64,000 bases of DNA from assembly GCA_965228345.1 (NCBI GenBank), contig CBDDHH010000003.1, positions 181,806 through 245,805 of the forward strand, given 5' to 3'. Of this stretch, positions 34,787-43,489 are shown piece after piece. Source of the DNA: Alphaproteobacteria bacterium (GTDB lineage Bacteria; Pseudomonadota; Alphaproteobacteria; UBA7985). Position numbers and translations under genes: made by a program. The notes under the pieces are model-generated. The model did not search any database. It saw only the letters and a program-made list of their open reading frames with translations, and was not told the origin of the DNA. Numbering within the stretch: position 1 is the first letter of the stretch; every line of letters starts with the position of its first letter.

Positions 34787-35335
34787 TCATCGCCACTTGA
34801 TCGAACATCCCATCGACGGGGTTTGCTGCTCGGGGCCTTGGCCGGTTTCGGCGATTTGGACCATGGCATGGACCAGCTCGCGGGTGCGGCTTTGCGTCGC
34901 TGGACCCATGCGCAGATCATCCAGGCGTCCGCGATATTGCAGTGCGCCGTCTTTGTTTAACCCAAAGAAGTCGGGGGTGCAGACGGCCCCGTAGGCTTTG
35001 CCGACCGCTTGGGTTTCATCGACTAGATAGGGAAATTTCCAGCCGAACTTCTGCGCAAACGCGGGCATGTACGCGGGCCCATCTTGGGGGAAAGCCTGAT
35101 AGTCATTGGACATGAGAGCCAGAACTTGAATGCCGCGCGCCATCAAGTCGTTCGTGTCTTCGGCCAGGCGGTCGCCGATCGCCTGAACGTAGGGGCAGTG
35201 ATTGCAGAGAAACATAACTAGCAGACCTTTGGGGCCCAGATGGTCCTTCATTGCGAACTCCTGGCCGCTCGGGTCCTTGAGCCTAAAGTCTGGGGCCTTC
35301 CAGCCGAACTCACAAATGGGGGTGTCGAGTAACAT
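34787..35335 (-). CDS. Thioredoxin-fold protein (AhpC/TSA-like thiol-disulfide oxidoreductase)
   Basis: 182 aa with the FLCNHCPYV redox motif. Confidence 0.75.
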   Translation of the reverse strand: MLLDTPICEFGWKAPDFRLKDPSGQEFAMKDHLGPKGLLVMFLCNHCPYVQAIGDRLAEDTNDLMARGIQVLALMSNDYQAFPQDGPAYMPAFAQKFGWKFPYLVDETQAVGKAYGAVCTPDFFGLNKDGALQYRGRLDDLRMGPATQSRTRELVHAMVQIAETGQGPEQQTPSMGCSIKWR

Positions 35336-35411
35336 GAGGCCGTCCTTTATTTTTTAGAATAGGGCTATGCGCGGGAGCCGCCACCAAAGGCAACCCCTAG
35401 GGCGGATTCCA

Positions 35412-35457
35412 GGTCGATTGGAGCAATCGACGCGGGGAACATCCGCGCCAACAAACG
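35412..35457 (+). repeat. G-element copy G3 (first half, forward), abutting R5
   Basis: GGTCGATTGGAGCAATCGACGCGGGGAACATCCGCGCCAACAAAC is nearly identical to G1. Confidence 0.75.
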
Positions 35458-35480
35458 AGGTAATATAGCGAAAGCGCTTT

Positions 35481-35714
35481 AATACCAACTCCGATAAAAA
35501 TTGACCTTTTTATTGGAGTTTTGTCTCACGGCAGAAACGCTTCGCGTTTCGGCTTTTGGGGTTGCGGTCTCACCTCGCTTGCTCAGCCTGACCGCTGGAC
35601 GGGGCCTCCGCTTATACCCCGAGGCGTGTGTCCGCTGTTCTCGGGGCCGCTGCGGGGGCCGCAGTCGCGACCCTATACCAGTTCATAAGGAATTTTTTTA
35701 AGGAGAACTGGTAT
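35481..35714 (+). repeat. Mosaic intergenic repeat, copy R5 (forward)
   Basis: AATACCAACTCCGATAAAAATTGACC...GTCTCACGGCAGAAACGCTTCGCGTTTCG...GCGGTCTCACCTCGC...CCCCGAGG...CTCGGGGCCGC...GGGGGCCGCAGTCGCGACCC, then the T-type hairpin at 35675-35714. Confidence 0.9.
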
Positions 35715-35796
35715 GACTTCCCACAAAGATCGCGACCGCACGGTTGGTTCCAAAACCTGCTGTTGCATCATGGCAACAGTCCTGTAAGGGTTCGCC

Positions 35797-36384
35797 ATGG
35801 GTAGCCTATCTTCCCACGCGTCGGATCTCACTGATCTCAGCCAGTTTCCCGCCTTGGTCCTGAACGCCGATTTTCGTCCCTTGTCGTACCTGCCGCTGTC
35901 GATCTGGTCGTGGCAGGAAGCACTGAAAGCTAAGTACCAAGACCGGGTTCATATCGTTGCCGAGTACGACCGCACGGTGCGTTCGCCCTCGCAAACCATT
36001 CCATTGCCGTCGGTGATTTCGCTCAAGGCCTATGTGCCCATGAACCGCACCCCAGCCTTTACGCGGTTCAACGTTTTTTTGCGCGACCACTTTCGTTGCC
36101 AGTATTGCCGGACCAAAGGTCAAGCCGCCGACCTAACCTTTGACCATGTCGTGCCTAAGGCCAAGGGGGGTAGGACTAGCTGGGACAACATCGTGACCGC
36201 GTGCCAGAGGTGCAATTTGAAAAAGGGCGCCAAGTTGCTCGGGCACTCGGGCCTGCATCTACAGCGCGCGCCAGAGCGGCCGTCGTACCATCAGTTGCAA
36301 GACTATGGACGCCGCTTTCCCCCGAACTTTCTGCACCAAAGCTGGGCCGACTACCTCTACTGGGATGGGGAGTTAGAGGACTAA
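35797..36384 (+). CDS. HNH endonuclease
   Basis: CQYC...FDHVVPKAKGGRTSWDNIVTACQRCNLKKG is the HNH/zinc-finger signature. 195 aa. The final GAC TAA lies in sequence shared with the repeat. Confidence 0.85.
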   Translation: MGSLSSHASDLTDLSQFPALVLNADFRPLSYLPLSIWSWQEALKAKYQDRVHIVAEYDRTVRSPSQTIPLPSVISLKAYVPMNRTPAFTRFNVFLRDHFRCQYCRTKGQAADLTFDHVVPKAKGGRTSWDNIVTACQRCNLKKGAKLLGHSGLHLQRAPERPSYHQLQDYGRRFPPNFLHQSWADYLYWDGELED

Positions 36385-36424
36385 TACCAGTTCATAAAGA
36401 GTCTGTTTTAAGGAGAACTGGTAC
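36384..36424 (+). repeat. Solo T-type hairpin module (R5b) exactly filling the gap between the convergent HNH and lpxL-like genes
   Basis: ATACCAGTTCATAAAGAGTCTGTTTTAAGGAGAACTGGTAC has a 10-bp stem. The 44-nt string GGACTAATACCAG...GAACTGG is identical to 55208-55251. Confidence 0.85.
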
Positions 36425-37383
36425 TAGGCAGGGGACGCACTCCCGCCTCGTTTCCGGTTGCGCGCTTCCCATATGGGATTGGGCCTAAAGAATCGTCCTG
36501 TCCAGTACCACTGATCGGGGTGGGTGCGGATCCAGTCAGAGTAGAGGTCGTTCATTAGGATCGCCAGGTCACGGACGTCCTCGGGTGCGGCGGACTTGGC
36601 GTAGAGAGGTGGCAAAGCCTCAATCCAAAAGCTGATCCCCGCGCGGTTGCGTCCGCAGTGGAGGGGGATGATGGGCGCTCCTGCCTTGGCGGCGAGCTCG
36701 TAGGGGCGCAGGGTTGTCGGCGAAGTCAGTCCCAGGAAGGGCAGCATAGGGCCAGGTAGCGGCGCATCGAGGGCGTAGATGAGGGATTTGCCCTGGGCAA
36801 ACTCCTTTGCCAGGCGGCGCTGCAGCATCGACATGTCGCGTGGGTAAAGCGTCCAGTTGCCCGAAAGGTCGGTCCGTCGCTCGCGAAAGTAGGGCTCCAA
36901 GAGGGCATTCTTCGGCGGTGCATAGATCGCCGTGACATTCCTTAGGTGTCGGCTGAGGGTCATAATATTGGCTTCCCACCCCGAAAAGTGACCGAGCAAG
37001 AACACCGCCTGCCGATCGTTGCGGGCGAAGGGCCGCAACCAGTCGGCATCCAAATTGTGGTGGGTCAGGGCTTCCGACCGTCGCCGCCAATAAGGCTGCA
37101 GCCAGAGCTCTGCGATGGCCAGCGGCAGATCACCCGCAATCTGCTGCACCAACTCCTCGCGCGCGCGCGCCGTCCAATCGGGGAAGACCAGCGCGACGTT
37201 GGTTCGCACCAGCCCGACGTTGCTGGAGCGTCCAAGTAGGGCGCGGCCAAGACGCTGAAAGGTCCAGAATGTCACGCGCGGACCCAAGAGACTAAAAAAG
37301 TGCGAACAAAAGGCCCACAAGGCCGCTGCGATGCGGTCGCCTCGCCGCAGCTGTTCCGGCCGGGATTGCCCGAGCGAGAGCAT
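36424..37383 (-). CDS. Lipid A biosynthesis lauroyl/myristoyl acyltransferase family protein (LpxL/HtrB-like)
   Basis: LLGHFSGWE (HxxxxE/D acyltransferase motif) in the family-typical context. The start is taken at ATG 37383, which overlaps the upstream stop by 1 nt (TGATG); the ORF is open to 37446. Confidence 0.7.
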   Translation of the reverse strand: MLSLGQSRPEQLRRGDRIAAALWAFCSHFFSLLGPRVTFWTFQRLGRALLGRSSNVGLVRTNVALVFPDWTARAREELVQQIAGDLPLAIAELWLQPYWRRRSEALTHHNLDADWLRPFARNDRQAVFLLGHFSGWEANIMTLSRHLRNVTAIYAPPKNALLEPYFRERRTDLSGNWTLYPRDMSMLQRRLAKEFAQGKSLIYALDAPLPGPMLPFLGLTSPTTLRPYELAAKAGAPIIPLHCGRNRAGISFWIEALPPLYAKSAAPEDVRDLAILMNDLYSDWIRTHPDQWYWTGRFFRPNPIWEARNRKRGGSASPA

Positions 37384-38276
37384 CAGGGGCCGATCTGTTG
37401 GGCCCAGGCCCGAGTGTCGCTTACCATCTGCGCCGCCTCGTGCCAAAAACGGGGCGCGAGTTCAATCATGAACACGGGGTCTTGAGGATAGCTGAGCCTG
37501 GCCAGTTGGTCCCAGGGCAGCCCGCCCCAATGCAGGGGCAGGTGCAGGTCCCCTTCGCCAAAGGCCAGTTCCTCACTCGGCGTATAGGCGCGCGCACGAT
37601 GGCGCCGGCCAAAGTTGTCGTGCAGATGCAAGTGCCGGGCATGGGGCGCGAGCGCGGCGGCCTCGTGCAAAAAAAGCCCCCCCAGATCCTCGAGGTTGAG
37701 GGCCCCATGGGCAAAATCGAAAGTGGCGCAGACATGGGGATGGTCAAGGGTTGCCAATTCCTGCGCGAGTTCTTGGGGGGTCGCGGTCTGCTCGTCGTTC
37801 CAATAAAAGACGTTCTCGACGCATAGATAAGCCCCCTGCGCTGCGGCAATCTGGCCCAAGCGTGCCAGGCACGCGCGTTGCTGCGCGTAGCGGCGATCCC
37901 GCTCGACCTGGGTCAGGTGCCCGGGATACATGCCCGTATGGACGACCACATGCTGGGCCCCTACCTCGGCCGCCAATTCCAGATAGGCCTTGGCCACATC
38001 CTCGTGAGTGGAGACGTCGCAAGGTGACACCATGAAATTGAGGCCGACGGCGGCGTGGAGCGAGTATTGGAGCGGACGGTTGGCCAGGATCGACTTGAGC
38101 AAGGCAAGACGCGTGGGAATCAGGCGATGGCAGGCAATCAAATCATCGTGCAGAGCTGACAACTCGGCCACCTCCACCTCAAGCGACTGGATCAAGTCAA
38201 GATGCTCAGGCAAATCCGCCAAAGCTGCGGAGCCAACCATGGTGCTAAAACCGATGCGCGGATGATCCATGTTCAA
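37383..38276 (-). CDS. Sugar-phosphate isomerase/epimerase (xylose-isomerase-like TIM barrel)
   Basis: 297 aa. The metal-ligand-like pattern (VVHTG, ...ENV..., FDFAH, LHLHDN) is typical of the AP_endonuc_2 fold. Confidence 0.65.
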   Translation of the reverse strand: MNMDHPRIGFSTMVGSAALADLPEHLDLIQSLEVEVAELSALHDDLIACHRLIPTRLALLKSILANRPLQYSLHAAVGLNFMVSPCDVSTHEDVAKAYLELAAEVGAQHVVVHTGMYPGHLTQVERDRRYAQQRACLARLGQIAAAQGAYLCVENVFYWNDEQTATPQELAQELATLDHPHVCATFDFAHGALNLEDLGGLFLHEAAALAPHARHLHLHDNFGRRHRARAYTPSEELAFGEGDLHLPLHWGGLPWDQLARLSYPQDPVFMIELAPRFWHEAAQMVSDTRAWAQQIGP

Positions 38277-38344
38277 GACTTCCGCACAACCCCACAGCGC
38301 CTCAGGCGTGAAGGGCGGTCACAACACCGCTGCTTGGTATTTTT

Positions 38345-38472
38345 GAATGAAAGGAAAGGGGACAGGGCACGTCCACGACCTAAAGTCATTCGTATTTGTA
38401 TTGCGAGGCTCAAGGGCCTTAAGTTTTTTGTTGGCGCGGATAGGGCCTGAGGTCGATTGCTCCGATCAGCTT
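38345..38472 (-). repeat. G-element copy G4 (full, reverse), about 70 nt 5' of the TIM-barrel gene
   Basis: The reverse complement GGAGCAATCGACCTCAGGCCCTATCCGCGCCAACAAAAAAC...ACAAATACGAATGACTTTAGGTCGTGGACGTGCCC aligns with G1 over both halves. Confidence 0.65.
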
Positions 38473-38560
38473 GCAACCTGCTTCAAGACCCACAGCACAC
38501 CGAATTCGCCGCGCGTTGCGATCCAGTGGTCCTGCTGAAACGTCTCGTCCAGACCCTAGT

Positions 38561-38686
38561 CTAGCCCTGGCGCGCCTTTAACCGAGGGTTTTGCTTATTA
38601 ATGACATAGACCCGCCCGCGCCGGCGAACAACGCGGGAGTTCTTATCGCGTTTTTTCATCGTTTTGATCGAATTGACAACTTTCAT
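38561..38686 (-). CDS. rpmJ: 50S ribosomal protein L36 (bL36, 41 aa)
   Basis: [41 protein letters not shown], taken from the internal ATG of ORF 38561..38749. Confidence 0.85.
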   Translation of the reverse strand: MKVVNSIKTMKKRDKNSRVVRRRGRVYVINKQNPRLKARQG

Positions 38687-38861
38687 TGCGTGCGTCCTGG
38701 ACTGCGGGAGCGGAGAAACATGCGTAAGTGTCCCAGCCCCAAGTGTCAAGGCTGGATCGCGTCCTTATGGATTTTCGCTCACTGATCTGTGACTGAGTGT
38801 GTTTCGCGCAGCGATCACGAAATGTTAACAAGGGGTCGAAACCTGACTGAGGACACATCTT

Positions 38862-39557
38862 ATGGAAGCACCATCGCGCAAACGCCTGCTGATCGTCGAT
38901 GACGATCAAGTCCTGGCCGACTCTCTGGTCGAACAGCTTGACTTGCATCAAGAGTTTCAATCGACGGCTTGCTACTCGGGCAAGGAGGGGCTGGCTACGG
39001 CGCTGGCGCAGGACTTTGACTGCGCTCTTGTGGATGTGGACATGCCCGACATGGATGGGCGGGACCTATGCAAAGTCCTGCGCCGTCAAGGTTACAAGAT
39101 GCCGATTTTGATGCTGACGGGTCAAGATTCTGACGCCGATGTGATTTTGGGCCTAGATGCGGGCGCCAACGATTATGTCACCAAGCCCTTCCGCCTTAAC
39201 GTCTTATTGGCCCGTCTTCGCGCCCAGTTGCGTACCCACGAGCTTTCGGACGATGCGACCTTTCCTGTTGGCCCTTACAACTTTCGGCCCAGTTTAAAAA
39301 TGTTGCAGTTCAGGGATTCCGATCGCAAGATCAAGCTGACCGAAAAAGAAACGGCGATCCTGAAGTTTCTGTACCGTGCGGGGGGCAAATCCGTCAGCCG
39401 AGAGGCCCTGTTGGGCGAGGTTTGGGGCTATAACGCCAATGTAAACACGCACACCTTGGAAACGCACGTTTACCGCCTGCGTCAGAAAATCGAGGAAACG
39501 CCGCGCGAAAGCCGCATCCTTATGACCGATCCTGGGGGCTACCGGTTGGGCAGTTAA
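38862..39557 (+). CDS. OmpR-family two-component response regulator
   Basis: The receiver domain has LLIVDDD, DVDMPDMDG and the KPF motif. The C-terminal winged helix has LTEKETAILKFL...TLETHVYRLRQKI. Confidence 0.85.
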   Translation: MEAPSRKRLLIVDDDQVLADSLVEQLDLHQEFQSTACYSGKEGLATALAQDFDCALVDVDMPDMDGRDLCKVLRRQGYKMPILMLTGQDSDADVILGLDAGANDYVTKPFRLNVLLARLRAQLRTHELSDDATFPVGPYNFRPSLKMLQFRDSDRKIKLTEKETAILKFLYRAGGKSVSREALLGEVWGYNANVNTHTLETHVYRLRQKIEETPRESRILMTDPGGYRLGS

Positions 39558-39567
39558 AGCGAACTCC

Positions 39568-39615
39568 AAGTCGATTGGACCCATGGACTAGAGGGAACTT
39601 CCCCGCCAAGAAAGG
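39568..39615 (+). repeat. G-element copy G5 (first half, diverged), abutting R6
   Basis: AAGTCGATTGGACCCATGGACTAGAGGGAACTTCCCCGCCAAGAAAGG compared with G1/G3. Confidence 0.5.
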
Positions 39616-39618
39616 ACT

Positions 39619-39857
39619 GATACCAACGGCGAAAAAAGTTGACACTTTTTCAGCCGTTTTATGTCTCACGGCAGAAACGCTTCGCGTTTCGCCGCCCCTT
39701 CGCTTATACCCCGAGGCGCTTTCTTAGCTCATCTCGGGGCCGCGTGTTTTTGGCGCGGGCGTTCCCTGCGCCCTTCGGGCTTGGAGCCCGCTACGGGGGC
39801 CGCAGTCGCGGCCCTACACCAGTTCATAAGGAGTCTGTTTTAAGGTGAACTGGTATA
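39619..39857 (+). repeat. Mosaic intergenic repeat, copy R6 (forward)
   Basis: GATACCAACGGCGAAAAAAGTTGACACTTTTTCAGCCGT...GTCTCACGGCAGAAACGCTTCGCGTTTCGCC...full right half...T-type hairpin. Confidence 0.9.
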
Positions 39858-39905
39858 AAGTGGTTCAACCTTGACCTTGAGATCTCGCGGCGGCAAGGAC
39901 GATCC

Positions 39906-40871
39906 ATGTTTGACCCCGTCCCCGCCTCCCAACGCGCCTTTGTGTTTCCAGGCCAAGGCTCGCAAGCCCTGGGCATGGGGCAGGACCTAGCGGGCGAGTT
40001 CCCCGCCGCCAAACAGGTCTTTGAGGAAGTTAACGAGGCGCTCGGCCAAGACCTCTCGGCCCTCATGTGGGGGGAAGATCTGGCGGCTTTGACCCTGACC
40101 GAAAACGCCCAACCCGCGCTTATGGCGGTCTCTCTCGCGGCGGTTCGTGCCCTGGAAAGCCAAGGCTATTCCTTAGCATCGCACGGTGCCTTCGTCGCCG
40201 GTCACTCCCTAGGCGAGTACTCAGCCCTTGCCGCCGCAGGGGTGTTGAGCCTTGCAGATACGGCCAAGTTGCTGAAGTTGCGGGGCCAATCGATGCAAGC
40301 GGCTGTGCCCGTTGGCGTAGGCGCGATGGCGGCGGTCATGGGGCTGTCGGCGCCTGAAATTGAGGCGATCGCAGCGGCTGCGGCGCAGGAGACGGGCCTG
40401 GTCTGTTCGCTCGCCAACGACAACGCCCCTGGGCAAGGGGTGATCAGCGGCGCTGCGGCGGCGGTTGAGGTCGCCATGGAACAGGCCATTGCCGCAGGGG
40501 CAAAGCGTGCGCTGAAGCTCAATGTGTCAGCGCCGTTTCACTGCGCCCTCATGGCGCCCGCCGCGCATGCCATGGCCGAGGCCCTGGCGCAAACGCCCCG
40601 ACGCGCCTTTGCCGTCCCGCTCATCGCCAATGTCACCGCACGCCCCAACCAAGACCCTGCGAACGTCACGGACTTGCTGGTGCAGCAAGTCACTGGCCGT
40701 GTGCGCTGGGCCGAGTCCATGGTCGAGGCGGCGGATGCGGGCGTGACGCAGTTGGTCGAAGTAGGGGCGGGCAAGGTCTTGTCGGGCCTTGCCAAGCGGA
40801 TTGATGGCCGCTTAGCAGCAGTGCAAGCTGGCACGAGCGCGGGACTAAGGGCCTTGCTTGACGCGCAATAA
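39906..40871 (+). CDS. fabD: Malonyl-CoA:ACP transacylase
   Basis: FPGQGSQ and GHSLGEYSALAAAG active-site motifs; fab operon context. Confidence 0.9.
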   Translation: MFDPVPASQRAFVFPGQGSQALGMGQDLAGEFPAAKQVFEEVNEALGQDLSALMWGEDLAALTLTENAQPALMAVSLAAVRALESQGYSLASHGAFVAGHSLGEYSALAAAGVLSLADTAKLLKLRGQSMQAAVPVGVGAMAAVMGLSAPEIEAIAAAAAQETGLVCSLANDNAPGQGVISGAAAAVEVAMEQAIAAGAKRALKLNVSAPFHCALMAPAAHAMAEALAQTPRRAFAVPLIANVTARPNQDPANVTDLLVQQVTGRVRWAESMVEAADAGVTQLVEVGAGKVLSGLAKRIDGRLAAVQAGTSAGLRALLDAQ

Positions 40872-40888
40872 TAGAAGGGGAAGATTCG

Positions 40889-41620
40889 ATGTTTTCACTG
40901 GCAGGAAAGACGGCGCTGATCACCGGGGCGTCGGGGGGCATTGGCGGCGAAATCGCCAAGGCTTTGGCCCAGCAGGGCGCCAAGCTCGCGCTCGCGGGCC
41001 GGCGGCGCGACGCGCTGGAGGCTTTGCAGGCGGAGGTCGGGGGGCAAGTCTTGGTCGCCGATTTGGGCACCTCCGAGGGGTGCAACCACCTGGTTTCGGA
41101 GGCCGAAGCCGCGCTCGGGCAAATTGACATTTTGGTCAACAATGCGGGACTCACCCGCGACGGCCTGGCCATGCGCATGAAGGATGCCGATTGGTCGATG
41201 GTGTTAGATGTGAATTTAACCGGGACCTTTCGCCTGATCCGCGCCGCCATGAAAGGCATGATGAAGCGGCGCGCGGGCCGAATTATCAATATGGCCTCGG
41301 TCGTCGGGGTCATGGGCAACGCCGGCCAGGCCAACTACGCCGCCTCCAAGGGCGGGATGATCGCTATGTCCAAGGCCTTGGCGAGCGAGCTTGCGCCCCG
41401 CGGTGTCACGGTCAATTGCGTCGCCCCGGGCTTTATCGAAACCGCCATGACCGCAGATTTGCCCGAAAAAGCCAAGCAAGCCATGCTCTCGACCATCCCG
41501 ACAGGTCGCATGGGGCGTCCGCAAGAAATTGCCGCCGCGGTGGCCTTCCTCGCCTCAGACGAGGCTTCGTACCTCACCGGGACAACCCTCAACGTCAACG
41601 GCGGCATGGTGATGGTCTAG
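40889..41620 (+). CDS. fabG: 3-oxoacyl-ACP reductase
   Basis: TGASGGIG, NNAG and YAASKGG motifs; ends NGGMVMV. Confidence 0.9.
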   Translation: MFSLAGKTALITGASGGIGGEIAKALAQQGAKLALAGRRRDALEALQAEVGGQVLVADLGTSEGCNHLVSEAEAALGQIDILVNNAGLTRDGLAMRMKDADWSMVLDVNLTGTFRLIRAAMKGMMKRRAGRIINMASVVGVMGNAGQANYAASKGGMIAMSKALASELAPRGVTVNCVAPGFIETAMTADLPEKAKQAMLSTIPTGRMGRPQEIAAAVAFLASDEASYLTGTTLNVNGGMVMV

Positions 41621-41844
41621 TCCAGGGGGCGTTTGCAACGAGATCGTGGGTGCGCTCAAGCGCGACGACGGGTTCATCGTTCAAGACCCTTGCAACTTGT
41701 TCACTTCAGGTATGGGGATCTGGTGACAAATCCCTGCACTTTAGGCCTGACAAATCGGATTCGCCCCGCTAGAGGGGGGCAGCCTTGGCCGCCTGATGCG
41801 TGATGCCGTGGCTCTTTTGAAATTAAATCAAGGATTAAGAGACT

Positions 41845-42081
41845 ATGAGCGATGTTTTCGACAAAGTAGCTGATATCGTTGTCGAACACCTGGGTGTTGA
41901 CAAGGCGAAGATCACCATGGAGGCAAGTTTCATCGACGATTTGGGCGCAGACAGCCTTGACAATGTTGAACTGGTTATGGCCTTTGAGGAAGCCTTTGAC
42001 CTGGAAATCCCCGACGAAGCTGCGGAGAAGATCACTGTCATCGGCGATGCTGTGAAGTTGATCGAAGAGCACAAGAGCTAA
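41845..42081 (+). CDS. acpP: Acyl carrier protein
   Basis: [18 protein letters not shown] phosphopantetheine attachment motif; 78 aa. Confidence 0.95.
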   Translation: MSDVFDKVADIVVEHLGVDKAKITMEASFIDDLGADSLDNVELVMAFEEAFDLEIPDEAAEKITVIGDAVKLIEEHKS

Positions 42082-42122
42082 GGTTCCTGGGTTAAATTTC
42101 CCAGTTTTCCAGTCTATAGGGA

Positions 42123-42147
42123 AGGGGCTGCAAAGCCCCTTTTTTTA
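42123..42147 (+). terminator. Rho-independent terminator/attenuator after acpP
   Basis: AGGGGCT-gcaa-AGCCCCT followed by TTTTTTT. Confidence 0.8.
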
Positions 42148-42176
42148 TCGGGCGCGGATAGGAAGGAACAGAGCCA

Positions 42177-43442
42177 ATGTTGAGACGAGTTGTTGTAACG
42201 GGATTTGGTGCCGTCACGTCGCTAGGCCCCGATGCCAACACGACCTGGGCCAACATATTGGCGGGACGATCAGGGATCACAAAGATCGAACATTTCGATG
42301 TGTCGGCTTATCCGTGTCAAATCGCCTCCATGGTCAAGCACGACCCTTCGGACCCGTGCTACTTTGACCCCGACCGCGGTCTGCCTGCCAAGGACCGCCG
42401 CAAGCTCGATGCCTTCCTTAACTTTGCTGTGGCGGCGGCGAACGAGGCTCTTGCTACGGCGGGGTGGGTTGCGGATAGTGAGGAGAAGCAAGTCCGCTCG
42501 GGCGTCATTTTTGGCTCCGGCATGGGGGGCTTGTCAACGGTTCGCGAAGCCACGCTCAAGTCTGAAGCCGGCGGGCCGCGTAAGATGAGCCCCTTTATGA
42601 TCCCGGCCTCAATCATCAATTTGACCGCGGGCCTGATCTCCATCCATAACCAGTTGCGCGGCCCCAACCACGCCGTGGTGACCGCCTGCGCCACCGGCAC
42701 CCATGCAGTCGGCGACGCGGGCCGCTTGATCGCCTTCGGGGACGCCGATGTCATGGTCGCGGGCGGCGCTGAAAACACCGTCAATACCTTGGGCATGGGC
42801 GGATTTGCGGCTGCACGGGCGCTCTCAACCGGCTTCAATGATCGGCCTAGTGCCGCATCTCGCCCTTGGGACAAGGGGCGAGACGGGTTCGTCATGGGCG
42901 ACGGGGCTGGGGCCTTAGTACTCGAAGAATACGAACACGCCAAGGCCCGCGGGGCCACGATCTACGCCGAACTGGTTGGCTATGGCCTTAGCGGCGATGC
43001 CCACCACATTACTGCCCCGCACCCCGAGGGCGACGGCGGCTATCGCGCCATGGCGGCGGCGCTAGCGCGCGCGCAGCTCACCCCCGATCGGGTCGGCTAT
43101 ATCAACGCCCACGGCACCTCAACCCCCGCGGGGGACATGGTCGAGTACAAGGCGGTTGCCCGCTTGCTGGGCGCAGCGACCGACCGGGTCGCCATGTCAT
43201 CGACCAAGTCGGCGATCGGCCATTTGCTCGGCGCCGCTGGGGCGGTCGAGGCGGTCTTTTCCGTTTTGGCTTTGCGCGATCAGGTCTGCCCGCCAACCCT
43301 GAACCTAGACGACCCCGAGGAGGGGATCCGCCTCAACTTGGTGCCGCACCAAGCGCAGGAGCGGAACATCGAGGTTGCCTTGTCCAATTCCTTTGGATTT
43401 GGCGGCACCAACGCTTCCCTGGTCTTCCAACGTCTTGCCTAA
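42177..43442 (+). CDS. fabF: 3-oxoacyl-ACP synthase II
   Basis: Active-site ACATG, HGTSTPAGD, and SNSFGFGGTNASLVF at the C-terminus. Confidence 0.9.
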   Translation: MLRRVVVTGFGAVTSLGPDANTTWANILAGRSGITKIEHFDVSAYPCQIASMVKHDPSDPCYFDPDRGLPAKDRRKLDAFLNFAVAAANEALATAGWVADSEEKQVRSGVIFGSGMGGLSTVREATLKSEAGGPRKMSPFMIPASIINLTAGLISIHNQLRGPNHAVVTACATGTHAVGDAGRLIAFGDADVMVAGGAENTVNTLGMGGFAAARALSTGFNDRPSAASRPWDKGRDGFVMGDGAGALVLEEYEHAKARGATIYAELVGYGLSGDAHHITAPHPEGDGGYRAMAAALARAQLTPDRVGYINAHGTSTPAGDMVEYKAVARLLGAATDRVAMSSTKSAIGHLLGAAGAVEAVFSVLALRDQVCPPTLNLDDPEEGIRLNLVPHQAQERNIEVALSNSFGFGGTNASLVFQRLA

Positions 43443-43489
43443 GCCTGGGCGGGTATTTCGGGGGGGCGTCGGGGACTTGGGCACTTAAG

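Noticed and set aside
35713-35787. 24-codon upstream ORF (MTSHKDRDRTVGSKTCCCIMATVL). It starts at an ATG created by the end of the T-type hairpin, has a perfect AAGGAG 7 nt upstream, and ends 9 nt before the HNH start
   Set aside because: Only this copy of the hairpin is followed by G to make an ATG; the other T-type copies read TAT-T, TAC-T, CAT-A or TAT-A. With no conservation evidence I cannot call it a gene. It may still affect HNH translation.
39661-39843. ORFs inside the mosaic repeats that give recurring peptides (MSHGRNASRF..., ...AFAYTPRRF..., ...GRSLRPSGLEP...). Examples are 61147..61392, 45829..46263, 34623..34994 and 25036..25449
   Set aside because: The similarity is at the DNA level. 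Indels between copies shift the reading frame, module content differs between copies, and copies occur in both orientations. A conserved protein product is therefore not supported.
39617-39859. TA target-site duplication flanking the mosaic elements (as expected for IS630/mariner-mobilised MITEs)
   Set aside because: Several ends read TA-TACCA... or ...TGGTA-TA (R1, R2, R6 right end, R8 left end, R9, R10). Others read GA-, AA-, -TT or -TG. The same TATACCAG junction also occurs between internal modules. A consistent TSD cannot be claimed from these copies.
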